From contig OY970309.1 of assembly GCA_963716395.1 (NCBI GenBank), forward strand, positions 3,616,001 through 3,680,000: 64,000 nt of DNA. The letters run 5' to 3'. Positions 19,144 to 28,542 of the stretch are shown here, piece by piece. Each line of letters starts with the position of its first letter. The first letter of the stretch is position 1. Made by a program: the position numbers and the translations under genes. Below the pieces are notes generated by a model. The model did not search any database. It saw only the letters and a list, made by a program, of their open reading frames with translations, and was not told the origin of the DNA. Origin of the DNA: an uncultured Fibrobacteria bacterium (GTDB lineage Bacteria; Fibrobacterota; Fibrobacteria; UBA11236).

Positions 19144-19875
19144 TTAGACGACCTTCCCCCGCCTACCCGGAAGGTCGCTTCGCTTTCCCTGTTTTTGCCC
19201 GCCTATAACGAAGAGGCAAACGTCGAAAAAATCGTGCGCCAAGCCCAGGCCGTGCTTCCCCACGTGGCGGAAACCTGGGAAATCATTCCGATTAACGATG
19301 GCAGCGTCGATGGAACCGGCGCCATCATCGATCGCCTGGCGGCGGAAGATCCCCGCGTACGGCCGGTGCATCATGCGGAAAATCGCGGCTACGGCGGCGC
19401 CGTCATCTCGGGCTGCAAAGCCGCCCGTTACGAGTTGATTTTTTTCACCGATGCCGATTTGCAATTCGACTTGCGGGAAATCACCCTGCTGATCGACAAA
19501 CTCTCCGAAGGCGATTTAATCCTCGGGTACCGCAAACGGCGACGCGATCCCTGGCATCGCCGCTGCAATGCCTGGCTCTGGGGGCTCCTGGTGCGCCGCC
19601 TCTTCAACTTCAAGGTGCGCGATGTCGATTGCGCCTTCAAGATGTTCCGGCGCGAAGTGATCGACCAGGTCGAACTGACCGCACGCGGAGCCATGGTTTC
19701 CACCGAACTCTTGGCCCGCGCCGCCCGCAAAAAATTCCGAATCGTCGAAGTGGGGGTTTCGCATTTTCCCCGCCAAGCCGAAACTCCGACCGGAGGCAAC
19801 CCCGCCGTGATTCTGCGCGCGTTTTCGGAACTGTTTAAACTTTATCCCAAAATCAAGGCCGCCGGGAAATCATAG
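19144..19875 (+). CDS. Glycosyltransferase family 2 (polyprenol-phosphate mannosyltransferase-like); start uncertain
   Basis: LPAYNEE, NDGSVDGT, NRGYGGA, FTDADLQF, DVDCAFK; no canonical start codon between the tRNA and the conserved domain. Confidence 0.8.
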   Translation, partial: LDDLPPPTRKVASLSLFLPAYNEEANVEKIVRQAQAVLPHVAETWEIIPINDGSVDGTGAIIDRLAAEDPRVRPVHHAENRGYGGAVISGCKAARYELIFFTDADLQFDLREITLLIDKLSEGDLILGYRKRRRDPWHRRCNAWLWGLLVRRLFNFKVRDVDCAFKMFRREVIDQVELTARGAMVSTELLARAARKKFRIVEVGVSHFPRQAETPTGGNPAVILRAFSELFKLYPKIKAAGKS

Positions 19876-20418
19876 CGACCCGTGCTGCTGCAGCACGTTT
19901 TGAATGCGCCCCTGCTCCGACCCCGAAGCCATGGTATAGGCGGTTTGGCCGGCGGCGCCTTTTTGCGAAACATTCGCGCCCTTGGCCACCAACAAATTCA
20001 CCATGTCCAAATCGCCGTTCATGGCCGCCACCATCAATACGGTGGTTCCGCTGCCCGCAATACGCGCATTGACGTCGGCGCCTTGATCGATGAGATAAGT
20101 GGCCAGGTCATCATGCTTGCCCCACACCGCTTCCATCAACGGGGACGAACCGTTTTGGTTGGAACTGGCCTGGATATTGGCGCCTTTGGAAATCAAATAC
20201 TTGGCGGCGTCGGTATTGCCGTTCCAGCAAGCCAGCATCAGGGCCGTGTAATCATTGGCGGTTTCACGGGTGTCGACGCTCTCTCCTTTCGCCAACCCCG
20301 ACTTCACCAGGTTCACATCGCCCCGAATGGCTCCGGACAACAACTCCGAAACCTGCGCGCGCAAAGGCAGCACCGATATCATCAATCCCAGTCCCATCGC
20401 CCGTAATGCAGCCGACAT
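19870..20418 (-). CDS. Ankyrin repeat protein with signal peptide
   Basis: Repeated TALMLA/SPLMEA/TVLMVA...LIxxGAxVN units. Confidence 0.85.
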   Translation of the reverse strand: MSAALRAMGLGLMISVLPLRAQVSELLSGAIRGDVNLVKSGLAKGESVDTRETANDYTALMLACWNGNTDAAKYLISKGANIQASSNQNGSSPLMEAVWGKHDDLATYLIDQGADVNARIAGSGTTVLMVAAMNGDLDMVNLLVAKGANVSQKGAAGQTAYTMASGSEQGRIQNVLQQHGSL

Positions 20419-20725
20419 AACGCATCCTTGGTTGGAGTGTGGGCTTGATCTACATCGCGCGGACGGGTGCAGAGTTAAGGTGTGGTTAACCGGGAATTAA
20501 ATCGCGTTAATCCCATTCCCACTCTGCGAAAAAGGAGACCGGCCGACACGGCGATGCCTTCGCATCCATTTCCGCGCTATTTCCCCGTCCCCGTTTTCAC
20601 TGCGGCGGAGGTGGAGTTTGCCGGTCGCTTTTCGCGCTTCTCCGCCCAGGCACTCGATTTGCATTGCTTGGCGGTGCACGGAATCCTGATATACTGTTCG
20701 TGTGCCGATGTCGGCCGGGGGCAAT

Positions 20726-22363
20726 TTGAAAAAATCGGCAAACTTCCCCATCGCTTTTTTCACCCTGCTGATGCGCTTGGTTTACTGCACCCCGGATAGT
20801 TCCACGACCATCCCCACCCTTCCCGATTCCAAGGGAGGCCGAATCGATTCCTTGCATATCCACGCGGTGACCCCGGAGAATGGAGCGGTAGGAGTGGCGC
20901 TCGACGTCAGCATGGGAATTCGCTTCAATCGGCCGGTCCAAGCTTCTTCCATCAATGCTTCCATCGTGAAGTTGCAGAGCGGCGCCGCCCCAGCCGCTGT
21001 TCGACTGATGCTGGCGCTGAATGCCGCGGGGGATTCGGTGACGGCGACTCCGGACGATTCTCTGCGTCCATCTACCTCCTATACCCTTTCCATCCGCGGT
21101 GGAAACACAGGTGTTACGGATATTTTCGGCGACACCTTGGCGCGAACTCTGCTGGTAAGTTTTAAGACGGGGGGTTCCGTGCCGCACAGCAACCTGACAT
21201 TAATGACCTGGGCCGATATTGCCGGCAAATATACGGGCAGCACCTTCCACCTGCCCTCCGCCGCCGAAGTCCCCGCCGGAGGGGATTTTATTTATTCGAG
21301 CGGAATCCACGCCCAATTGGCCAATGGTCATTTAATGGTGGATGCTGAAAACCACATCCCGCCCGGTAATTCGGGATTAGAGGGGGAAATCCGCTTACCG
21401 GCAATTTTGGATGGACGCGCCGCCCAATGCCTGAAATGGGTGGATGTTACGGATGGCCTGTTGCCGGCCGGTTTCACCGGGGGTGAGACCTATATCCTCG
21501 GCGGACTCTTGGAGTTGGGAACGAAACTTTATTTCACCAAGTATCAATGGTACAACGGCGCGGGCGCGGACTGGGGGTCGTTGGGATATCGCGACGAAGC
21601 CGCCAACAAGACTTACGGCATGTGGCAGGTTTCCGGGCCTTGGGCGCATAACCAGCGGGTCGCCGGCTATATGTCCTATGCCCCCCAAGCCTTAACCGAC
21701 GCGGGATACCCCATTTTAGCGGGTCAAGAAGGAACTTCGGGCTCGGCCAATGGACGATGGGGCCCCAATTTATTCGCCATTCAAGGAAACTTTCCGGCCT
21801 CCCGCGGCGAATCGGTTGCAGCCAAACCTTTGTTGGCTCATCCGGACGAAGGCAGGGAATCCCCCGGGTGGTGGCTGGGAGACAAGGTTTCCAGTGCCGT
21901 GTGGATTAAAACGAAAACCCAGCAGGCGGTGGTGCTCTTCTTATATCAGCAATTGGGCGGCGAAACCTGGTACGGCGAAAATGTGGACACCTGCACGTGC
22001 ACGGATTGCGATCCCCCCGTCACCACCTGCGGCACCTCCCTGGCCGATCCCTATCCGACCTACAAAGGTTTTCACGCCACGGGTTACCACCTGCAAGTAT
22101 GGATTTACAATCCCAATGATCTTTACGATGCGTTCAATGGAAAGCGCGATCCCTGGTCGGTGCTGCCCGCGGAAAAAGTCGATTTGATCACGCGGGCGCC
22201 CGGCACCACGACCGAAACCGTGAATAGTTTCATCACGGGGAATGCCACGCAGCAATTGCAGGCCAGTTACCGCAATGGGCGATTGATCATCATGCAACCT
22301 AATGGTTACGTCCAGGGCCCCTACGAATCCGACCCGACCGGATATGTGATCCAATTGGAATAG
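20726..22363 (+). CDS. Exported protein with N-terminal bacterial Ig-like (Big_5-type) domain and unknown C-terminal domain
   Basis: Hydrophobic leader ending LVYC; VTPENGAVGV...IRFNRPV...TP...L.PSTSYTL pattern. Confidence 0.65.
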   Translation: MKKSANFPIAFFTLLMRLVYCTPDSSTTIPTLPDSKGGRIDSLHIHAVTPENGAVGVALDVSMGIRFNRPVQASSINASIVKLQSGAAPAAVRLMLALNAAGDSVTATPDDSLRPSTSYTLSIRGGNTGVTDIFGDTLARTLLVSFKTGGSVPHSNLTLMTWADIAGKYTGSTFHLPSAAEVPAGGDFIYSSGIHAQLANGHLMVDAENHIPPGNSGLEGEIRLPAILDGRAAQCLKWVDVTDGLLPAGFTGGETYILGGLLELGTKLYFTKYQWYNGAGADWGSLGYRDEAANKTYGMWQVSGPWAHNQRVAGYMSYAPQALTDAGYPILAGQEGTSGSANGRWGPNLFAIQGNFPASRGESVAAKPLLAHPDEGRESPGWWLGDKVSSAVWIKTKTQQAVVLFLYQQLGGETWYGENVDTCTCTDCDPPVTTCGTSLADPYPTYKGFHATGYHLQVWIYNPNDLYDAFNGKRDPWSVLPAEKVDLITRAPGTTTETVNSFITGNATQQLQASYRNGRLIIMQPNGYVQGPYESDPTGYVIQLE

Positions 22364-22467
22364 GAGAGTTGATGACGGGCCGCTCGCGGCTTTCAGGGGT
22401 GCGTGGATTTCGGCCGGCGGGACGCCGTAACAGCGCCTCCCGGGTGGTCTTGGGAAGGGCGGCGGAA

Positions 22468-22541
22468 TGGACGATACTGGACTCGAACCAGTGACCCCCA
22501 CCATGTCAAGGTGATACTCTAACCAACTGAGCTAATCGTCC
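22468..22541 (-). tRNA. tRNA-Val (GAC), CCA not encoded
   Basis: GGACGATTAGCTCAGTTGGTTAGAGTATCACCTTGACATGGTGGGGGTCACTGGTTCGAGTCCAGTATCGTCCA. Confidence 0.93.
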
Positions 22542-22810
22542 GATTCCGACCTCTTCCCATAATCTCTGCCAATCCTCTACGCCTTATCCGCGCATTATCC
22601 CCGACCTCTTTGAGGTCGAAGAAAAGGGAATTTAGCTTTCGCAATCCCAATCTCAAAGCACGGGCCGATCCATTCCCGCATACTCCGGCTGGGCTTCGTC
22701 AATTTCAAAAGATTCCGGTTTTAATCCCCACGGACGCATGAAACCGCCACCCGAAAATAACCGGCCGCGCCTGCGGAAAATTCCGGGGTCATCGCGGGGA
22801 TAGGGGCGGA

Positions 22811-22847
22811 TGAAAGCCCCATGAATTTCCGCTGAAATTTTTGTGAC
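22811..22847 (+). promoter_or_regulatory. Tandem TGAA/TGAC repeats with 11-bp period, candidate OmpR-family binding site
   Basis: TGAA at 22811, 22822, 22833 and TGAC at 22844, upstream of the efflux operon. Confidence 0.45.
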
Positions 22848-22929
22848 CGCCTCGTATCAATCACGATGTGAATATCGTAATACGAATTAATGCGAGACTA
22901 ATCCGCCCTTAAATCCGAGTGGGTATTCT

Positions 22930-24216
22930 ATGGGGCGCCTCGAACAACCCATGATGACTTTCTCGCTTCGCATTTTCGGGAACACTGCGCCGAAACCGAT
23001 TTTGCCCATGCTCCTGTTGGCTGCGCTCAGCGTCCCAGGCGAATCGTTGCGTCTCGACGACGCCCTCGCGCTCTCGGTGCGCCATCCCGACGTCGTGTTG
23101 CAGACCTTCGATGTGCGAAGCGCCGAAGGCGATTCGCTGACGGCTGGATTGCGTCCGAATCCGGTGCTGAATCTCAACGGCGACGCGTTCTCCACGGCGA
23201 GCCCTTACTGGGATCCGCAAGCCAAGATGTTCGGCGCCTCGTTGGCCGCCACCTTGGAGTTGGGCGGCAAGCGCCGATCCCGGCGGCGAGCCGCCGATTC
23301 GGCCCTGGCCGCGGTTCGCGCCCAAGGCCAGGATACGCGCACCGAAGCCGCGCTGGCCGTGGGCTTTGCCTGGCTGAATGCGGCCCAAGCGAAATGGGCG
23401 TTACAGACAGCCCGCCAGGCCGAAGCCAGTCTCGACTCAACCGCGGCCGTGGATCAGGTGCGCCTGCATGCCCGGATCATCAGCGAGGTTGAAGCCCTGC
23501 GCTCACGCATCTCGGCCCGTCAGGCCGAGCAGCAGCGAGAGGAGGCTGAAATCGCCTTGGCCGGCGCGCTGCGCGATTTGAATCTTGCCCTCAACACGGA
23601 TACGGCCGTCGATGTACGCGAACAGGATGGGTTCGCCTATACCCCGCCACCGCTCGACTCCTGTCTGTTTCTGGCGCATGCCCGGCGCGACGATTTGGCG
23701 ACGGCGCGCGCCGAAGCGGCCTCGGCCCAGGCCGATTTGGCGGTGCAGCAAAGTCTGGCATTTCCCGACGTCACGGTTTCGGCCGATTATTCCCGCCAGC
23801 AAGACGTTCCCTTTTACGGATTTTCGCTCAGCCTGCCCCTGCCTTTGGCGCGCAACCAGGGCGAGCGTTTCAAAGCCCGGGCGCAATGGCGACGCGCGCA
23901 AGTGGAGGCCGCGTTGGCGTTGAAAAAAGCCGACGCCGAAGTGGCGTCGAGCTACGCCGAGTACGCAGAACGGCGCCGAGGGTTGGAAGAGTTCGGCCAG
24001 GCTCTGGAAGAATCGGAAAAAGTGCGCGCCGCGATGGAGCACACCTATCGCTCGGGCAATACGTCGATTCTCGATTTTCTGGACGCGCAGCGCAACTGGT
24101 ACGATGTGCAACAATCGTTTCACGACGCGACCGCCGATTATGAACGCGCCTGTCTGCGGCTTTCCGCCGCCATCGGCGCCATTCTCACCGATCACTTTTC
24201 GCCGACCCCGCGCTAA
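22930..24216 (+). CDS. TolC family outer-membrane efflux protein (CzcC/CusC-like)
   Basis: AGLRPNP, LELGGKR, SLPLPL..RNQG, YRSGNTSILDFLDAQR; start may be 22951 or later. Confidence 0.88.
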   Translation: MGRLEQPMMTFSLRIFGNTAPKPILPMLLLAALSVPGESLRLDDALALSVRHPDVVLQTFDVRSAEGDSLTAGLRPNPVLNLNGDAFSTASPYWDPQAKMFGASLAATLELGGKRRSRRRAADSALAAVRAQGQDTRTEAALAVGFAWLNAAQAKWALQTARQAEASLDSTAAVDQVRLHARIISEVEALRSRISARQAEQQREEAEIALAGALRDLNLALNTDTAVDVREQDGFAYTPPPLDSCLFLAHARRDDLATARAEAASAQADLAVQQSLAFPDVTVSADYSRQQDVPFYGFSLSLPLPLARNQGERFKARAQWRRAQVEAALALKKADAEVASSYAEYAERRRGLEEFGQALEESEKVRAAMEHTYRSGNTSILDFLDAQRNWYDVQQSFHDATADYERACLRLSAAIGAILTDHFSPTPR

Positions 24217-24226
24217 GGAGGAGCCC

Positions 24227-25333
24227 ATGTACTCATCGCTTCGAAATACCACCTTGCGCCTGGGAGGGGCGGCCCTGCTCGCGGCCGGTGCCATGGCCTG
24301 CCACCGGACGGCCGCGTCGAACGCGGACCACGGTTTTTGTCTGAACGACACCATGGCGCGCATGATCCAAATCGACACTGTGCACCCGTCCCAGGTGTTG
24401 GGAGAATTGCGGCTGTCGGGCAAGGTGGGCTTCGATGAAGACAAAGTGCTGCAGATTTACCCTTTCGCCGGCGGCACAGCCGTCGAGGTGCGGGTGGACC
24501 TCGGGGACTCGGTGCACAAGGGCGAGGTATTGGCCGTGGTGCGCAGCGGCGAGATCGCCGGCTATATGCAGGATCGCGTCAACGCGGCCTCCAATCTGAT
24601 CCTGGCGCAAAAAAATTTGAACGCCGCGGCCGATCTGTACCGCGCCGGAGTGGAATCGGAACGCGATTATGTGGCCGCGCAAAAGGATCTGGAAAAGGCG
24701 CAGGCCGAAAGGAAACGGGTGGCCGCCATCTACGCACTCTACGATATCGTTCCCGGCAACAGCGACACCTATGTGATCAAATCGCCCATGGACGGTTTCG
24801 TAGTGGATAAAAAAATCACCCGCGAAATGCACATCCGCGCCGACCGCACCGACAACCTGTTCACCATCTCGGATCTGCATGATGTGTGGATCAACGCCAA
24901 TGTGTTCGAGGGGGATATCCCCAAAGTCCGCGCCGGGCAAACCGCGGAGGTCACCACGCTGGGATATCCCGACCGCGTCTTTCACGGCGTGGTCGATAAA
25001 GTCTTCAACGTGCTCGATCCGGATTCCAAAACCATGCGCGCGCGCATCCGCCTGCCCAACCCCGGATATCTGCTGAAGCCGGACATGTACGCCGCAGTGA
25101 CGGTGCATTTTTCCGAGAACCGCAGCCTTCCGGCCGTCGCCAGCTCGGCCCTGATCTTCGACCAAGGCCGCGAATTCGTGGTGGTCTACCGCGGAGCCTG
25201 CGATTTGCAGGCCCGGCCGGTCGAGATCTACCGCACCGTCGGCGACCGGGCCTTCATCACCTCCGGCCTCGGCGACGGCGAGCGTGTGGTCGCGCGCCAG
25301 GCCCTGCTGGTGTATGGGGCGTTGGGCGGCTGA
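24227..25333 (+). CDS. RND efflux periplasmic adaptor (CzcB-like)
   Basis: AAGGAGG RBS; VDLGDSVHKGEVL, IKSPMDG, LFTISDL..VW, LKPDMY. Confidence 0.9.
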   Translation: MYSSLRNTTLRLGGAALLAAGAMACHRTAASNADHGFCLNDTMARMIQIDTVHPSQVLGELRLSGKVGFDEDKVLQIYPFAGGTAVEVRVDLGDSVHKGEVLAVVRSGEIAGYMQDRVNAASNLILAQKNLNAAADLYRAGVESERDYVAAQKDLEKAQAERKRVAAIYALYDIVPGNSDTYVIKSPMDGFVVDKKITREMHIRADRTDNLFTISDLHDVWINANVFEGDIPKVRAGQTAEVTTLGYPDRVFHGVVDKVFNVLDPDSKTMRARIRLPNPGYLLKPDMYAAVTVHFSENRSLPAVASSALIFDQGREFVVVYRGACDLQARPVEIYRTVGDRAFITSGLGDGERVVARQALLVYGALGG

Positions 25334-25361
25334 GCCCGCACCAACGACGAAAGCACGCGCC

Positions 25362-28300
25362 ATGATCAAGCTCGTCAAAAGCGTTCTCGGATTTTCGCTC
25401 AAGAACCGTTTCTTCGTGTTTTTCGTCACCGGGCTTCTGGCCCTGGCCGGGCTCTATGCCTACTGGACGTTGCCCATCGAGGCTTTTCCCGACGTGACCA
25501 ACACCCAAATCATCATCATTACGCAATGGCCGGGCCAAAGCGCCGAAGAGGTCGAGCGCTTCGTCACGGTTCCGCTGGAAGTGGCCATGGGCCCGGTGCA
25601 GCGCAAGATCAGCGTGCGCTCCATCACCATGTTCGGCCTTTCCGTGATCAAAATCGTTTTCGACGACGACATCGATGACGCCTTCGCCCGCCAACAGGTG
25701 AACGGCCGCCTGGCCGCGGCTTCACTGCCCGACGGGGTCGAACCCGAAGTCGAACCGCCCTACGGACCCACCGGCGAGATCTACCGCTATGTGCTCACCA
25801 GCCCGCATCGCAATTCACGCCAACTGCTGGAATTGCAGAACTGGGTGGTCGACCGCGAATTACGCACCGTCGAAGGCGTGGCCGACATCAATCCTTTCGG
25901 CGGCGAAGACAAGATTTACGCGGTGGCCGTCGATCCCTTGCGCCTGGATCAATACGGCATCACCCCGCTCGACGTGTACAGCGCCATCCAGAGAAACAAC
26001 CTGAACGTGGGCGGCGACGTGATCGAACGCAACGACCAGGCCTTCGTGGTGCGCGGCATCGGCCTTTTGACCTCGGTACGGGACATTGAGAACGTTTTGG
26101 TCGATCAGCGGGGCGGAACGCCCATTCTCGTCAAAGACGTGGCCCATGTTTCCGAAACCGGCGCCACCCGTCTGGGGCAGGCCGGCCTGGATGAAAATGA
26201 CGATGTGGTCGAAGGCATCGTGGTCATGCGCAAAGGCGAAAACCCCAGCGACGTGCTCAAGCGGCTGAAGGCCAAGGTGAAAGACATCAACGAGCATATC
26301 CTTCCGCCCGACGTTAAAATGCAGACCTTCTACGACCGCGACGTGCTCATTCGCTATTGCACCCACACGGTACTCCATAACCTCTTCGAGGGCATCGTGT
26401 TGGTAACGGCCGTGGTGTTTCTCTTCATGGCCGACTGGCGCACCACCTTGATCGTCTCCTTGGTGGTGCCGCTGTCGCTGTTGTTCGCCTTTCTTTGCCT
26501 GCGCCTGCGCGGCATGTCGGCCAACCTGTTGTCGTTGGGCGCCGTGGATTTCGGCATCATCATCGACGGCGCCGTGGTCATGGTCGAAGGCCTGTTTGTG
26601 GTGATGGCCCGGCTCTCCGACCGGATTGGGCGCGAACGTTACGCCCGCCTTTCCAAACTCGGCCTCATCCGCCGCGAAGGCGCGCCGCTCGGCAAGGCTG
26701 TCTTCTTTTCAAAATTGATCATCATCACGGCCTTGCTGCCCATCTTCTCCTTCCAGAAAGTCGAGGGCAAAATGTTTTCGCCCCTGGCCTGGACCTTGGG
26801 GTTTGCCCTGGCCGGTGCGCTGCTGTATACCTTGACCCTGGTGCCGGTGTTGTTCAGCCTGCTGCAGCGCACGCAGGCCCGGGAAAAGCACAATCCCTTC
26901 GTGATCTTCGTGCAGCGTCGCACTTTGCAAGCCTTTCATTTCTGCTTCGCGCACAAGGCCCTCAGCCTGGGCGCGGCCTGCATCGTAATGGTCTTGAGCC
27001 TGCTCTCCACTTCGTGTCTCGGCACCGAATTCCTGCCCGAGCTCGACGAGGGCGCGCTGTGGGTCGAAGCCGGCCTGCCCGTCAGTACTTCGCTCTCGGC
27101 CACCGTGGCTATGGTGCATCGCATCCGCGCAAAGCTGCTGCGCTTTCCCGAAGTGCAGAGCGTACTTTCGCAAACCGGGCGCTCCAATGATGGTACCGAC
27201 CCCTCCGGGTTCTACTACATGCAGGCGGCGGTAAACCTCTACCCCGAAGATCAGTGGAAGCGGCACATCACCAAGGAACAACTGGTCGACGAAATGGACT
27301 CGGCCCTGAAGGTGTTTCCCGGTATCGTGTACAACTACTCGCAGCCCATCATCGACAATGTCGAAGAAGCCGTGGCCGGCTTCAACTGCTCGCAGGCGGT
27401 AAAGGTGATCGGTCCGGATCTCAACGTCGCCGACAGCCTGGCCGGCCTGGTGGTGAACGCCATGCACGGCACCCCCGGCATCGCCGACCTCGGTATTCTG
27501 GAAAGCATCGGCCAACCCGAAGTGAAAATCGTGCTCGACCCGGAACGCATGGCCGCCTACGGCGTGGCCACCGCCGACGCCCAGGCCGTGACCGAAATGG
27601 CCATCGGCGGAAAAACCGCGACGCAATTGTACGAGGGCGACCGCAAATTCGACGTGCGCGTGCGCTACCCGCTGGAGTTCCGCCGCACCCAAGCCGACAT
27701 CGGCCGTCTCCGGGTGCCCACTTTGCACGGAGGCGGCGTGCCGCTCGGGGAAATCGCCGACATTCAAACCGTTACCGGCCCGCTGTTCATTTACCGCGAC
27801 GCCGGCCGGCGCTTCGTGGCGGCGAAATTTTCGGTGCGCGACCGCGACCTCGGTTCCACCATCCGCGACGCCCAGGCCCGCGTCGACCAGGCCGTGCATT
27901 TGCCGCCGGGCTACAGTTTCGGCTGGACCGGTGAGTTCGAGAACCAGGTGCGGGCCAACAAACGCCTGGGCCAGATGATTCCCATCTCCATCATTCTGAT
28001 CTTCATTCTGCTGTTCATCGCCTTCGGCAATCCCAAAGACGCGGCCCTGGTGCTGGTCAACGTCCCCTTCGCGCTCATCGGCGGCATTCTGGCGCTGCTT
28101 ATCACCGGCACGATTTTCGGCATTTCAGCGGGGGTGGGTTTCATCGCCCTGTTCGGCATCTGCATCCAAAACGGTGTGATCCTGGTATCGGTTTTCCACC
28201 GCAATCTCAAGGCGGGATTGGACCTCGATGCCGCCATCGTCCGCGGCGTGACCGAGCGCGTGCGGCCCGTGGTGATGACCGCCATGATGGCCGCGCTGGG

Positions 28301-28499
28301 ATTGTTCCCGGCCGCAATTTCGCATGGCATCGGCTCCGAGACCCAGCGGCCTTTGGCCATCGTGGTAATCGGGGGACTGGTCAGCGCCACCGCGCTGACC
28401 TTGCTGGTCTTCCCCATCGTGTTCCACATCGCCTACCGCAAAACCGCGGCCCGGCATCCGCCGGCATCCGCGCGCGGCTGGTCCCTGGCGCCGGATTGA
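25362..28499 (+). CDS. CzcA/CusA family heavy-metal RND transporter
   Basis: LPIEAFPDVT, TM4 DFGIIIDGAVVMVE, EGKMFSPLA, RVRPVVMT, QRPLA. Confidence 0.93.
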   Translation: MIKLVKSVLGFSLKNRFFVFFVTGLLALAGLYAYWTLPIEAFPDVTNTQIIIITQWPGQSAEEVERFVTVPLEVAMGPVQRKISVRSITMFGLSVIKIVFDDDIDDAFARQQVNGRLAAASLPDGVEPEVEPPYGPTGEIYRYVLTSPHRNSRQLLELQNWVVDRELRTVEGVADINPFGGEDKIYAVAVDPLRLDQYGITPLDVYSAIQRNNLNVGGDVIERNDQAFVVRGIGLLTSVRDIENVLVDQRGGTPILVKDVAHVSETGATRLGQAGLDENDDVVEGIVVMRKGENPSDVLKRLKAKVKDINEHILPPDVKMQTFYDRDVLIRYCTHTVLHNLFEGIVLVTAVVFLFMADWRTTLIVSLVVPLSLLFAFLCLRLRGMSANLLSLGAVDFGIIIDGAVVMVEGLFVVMARLSDRIGRERYARLSKLGLIRREGAPLGKAVFFSKLIIITALLPIFSFQKVEGKMFSPLAWTLGFALAGALLYTLTLVPVLFSLLQRTQAREKHNPFVIFVQRRTLQAFHFCFAHKALSLGAACIVMVLSLLSTSCLGTEFLPELDEGALWVEAGLPVSTSLSATVAMVHRIRAKLLRFPEVQSVLSQTGRSNDGTDPSGFYYMQAAVNLYPEDQWKRHITKEQLVDEMDSALKVFPGIVYNYSQPIIDNVEEAVAGFNCSQAVKVIGPDLNVADSLAGLVVNAMHGTPGIADLGILESIGQPEVKIVLDPERMAAYGVATADAQAVTEMAIGGKTATQLYEGDRKFDVRVRYPLEFRRTQADIGRLRVPTLHGGGVPLGEIADIQTVTGPLFIYRDAGRRFVAAKFSVRDRDLGSTIRDAQARVDQAVHLPPGYSFGWTGEFENQVRANKRLGQMIPISIILIFILLFIAFGNPKDAALVLVNVPFALIGGILALLITGTIFGISAGVGFIALFGICIQNGVILVSVFHRNLKAGLDLDAAIVRGVTERVRPVVMTAMMAALGLFPAAISHGIGSETQRPLAIVVIGGLVSATALTLLVFPIVFHIAYRKTAARHPPASARGWSLAPD

Positions 28500-28542
28500 A
28501 ACCGCGGGGGCGCCGCCCCGATAGGCGGCCGAACCCTGGCCG

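Noticed and set aside
22468-22541. tRNA-Val (and tRNA-Ser) lacking encoded CCA as possible pseudogenes
   Set aside because: Cloverleaves are intact; many bacteria add CCA enzymatically
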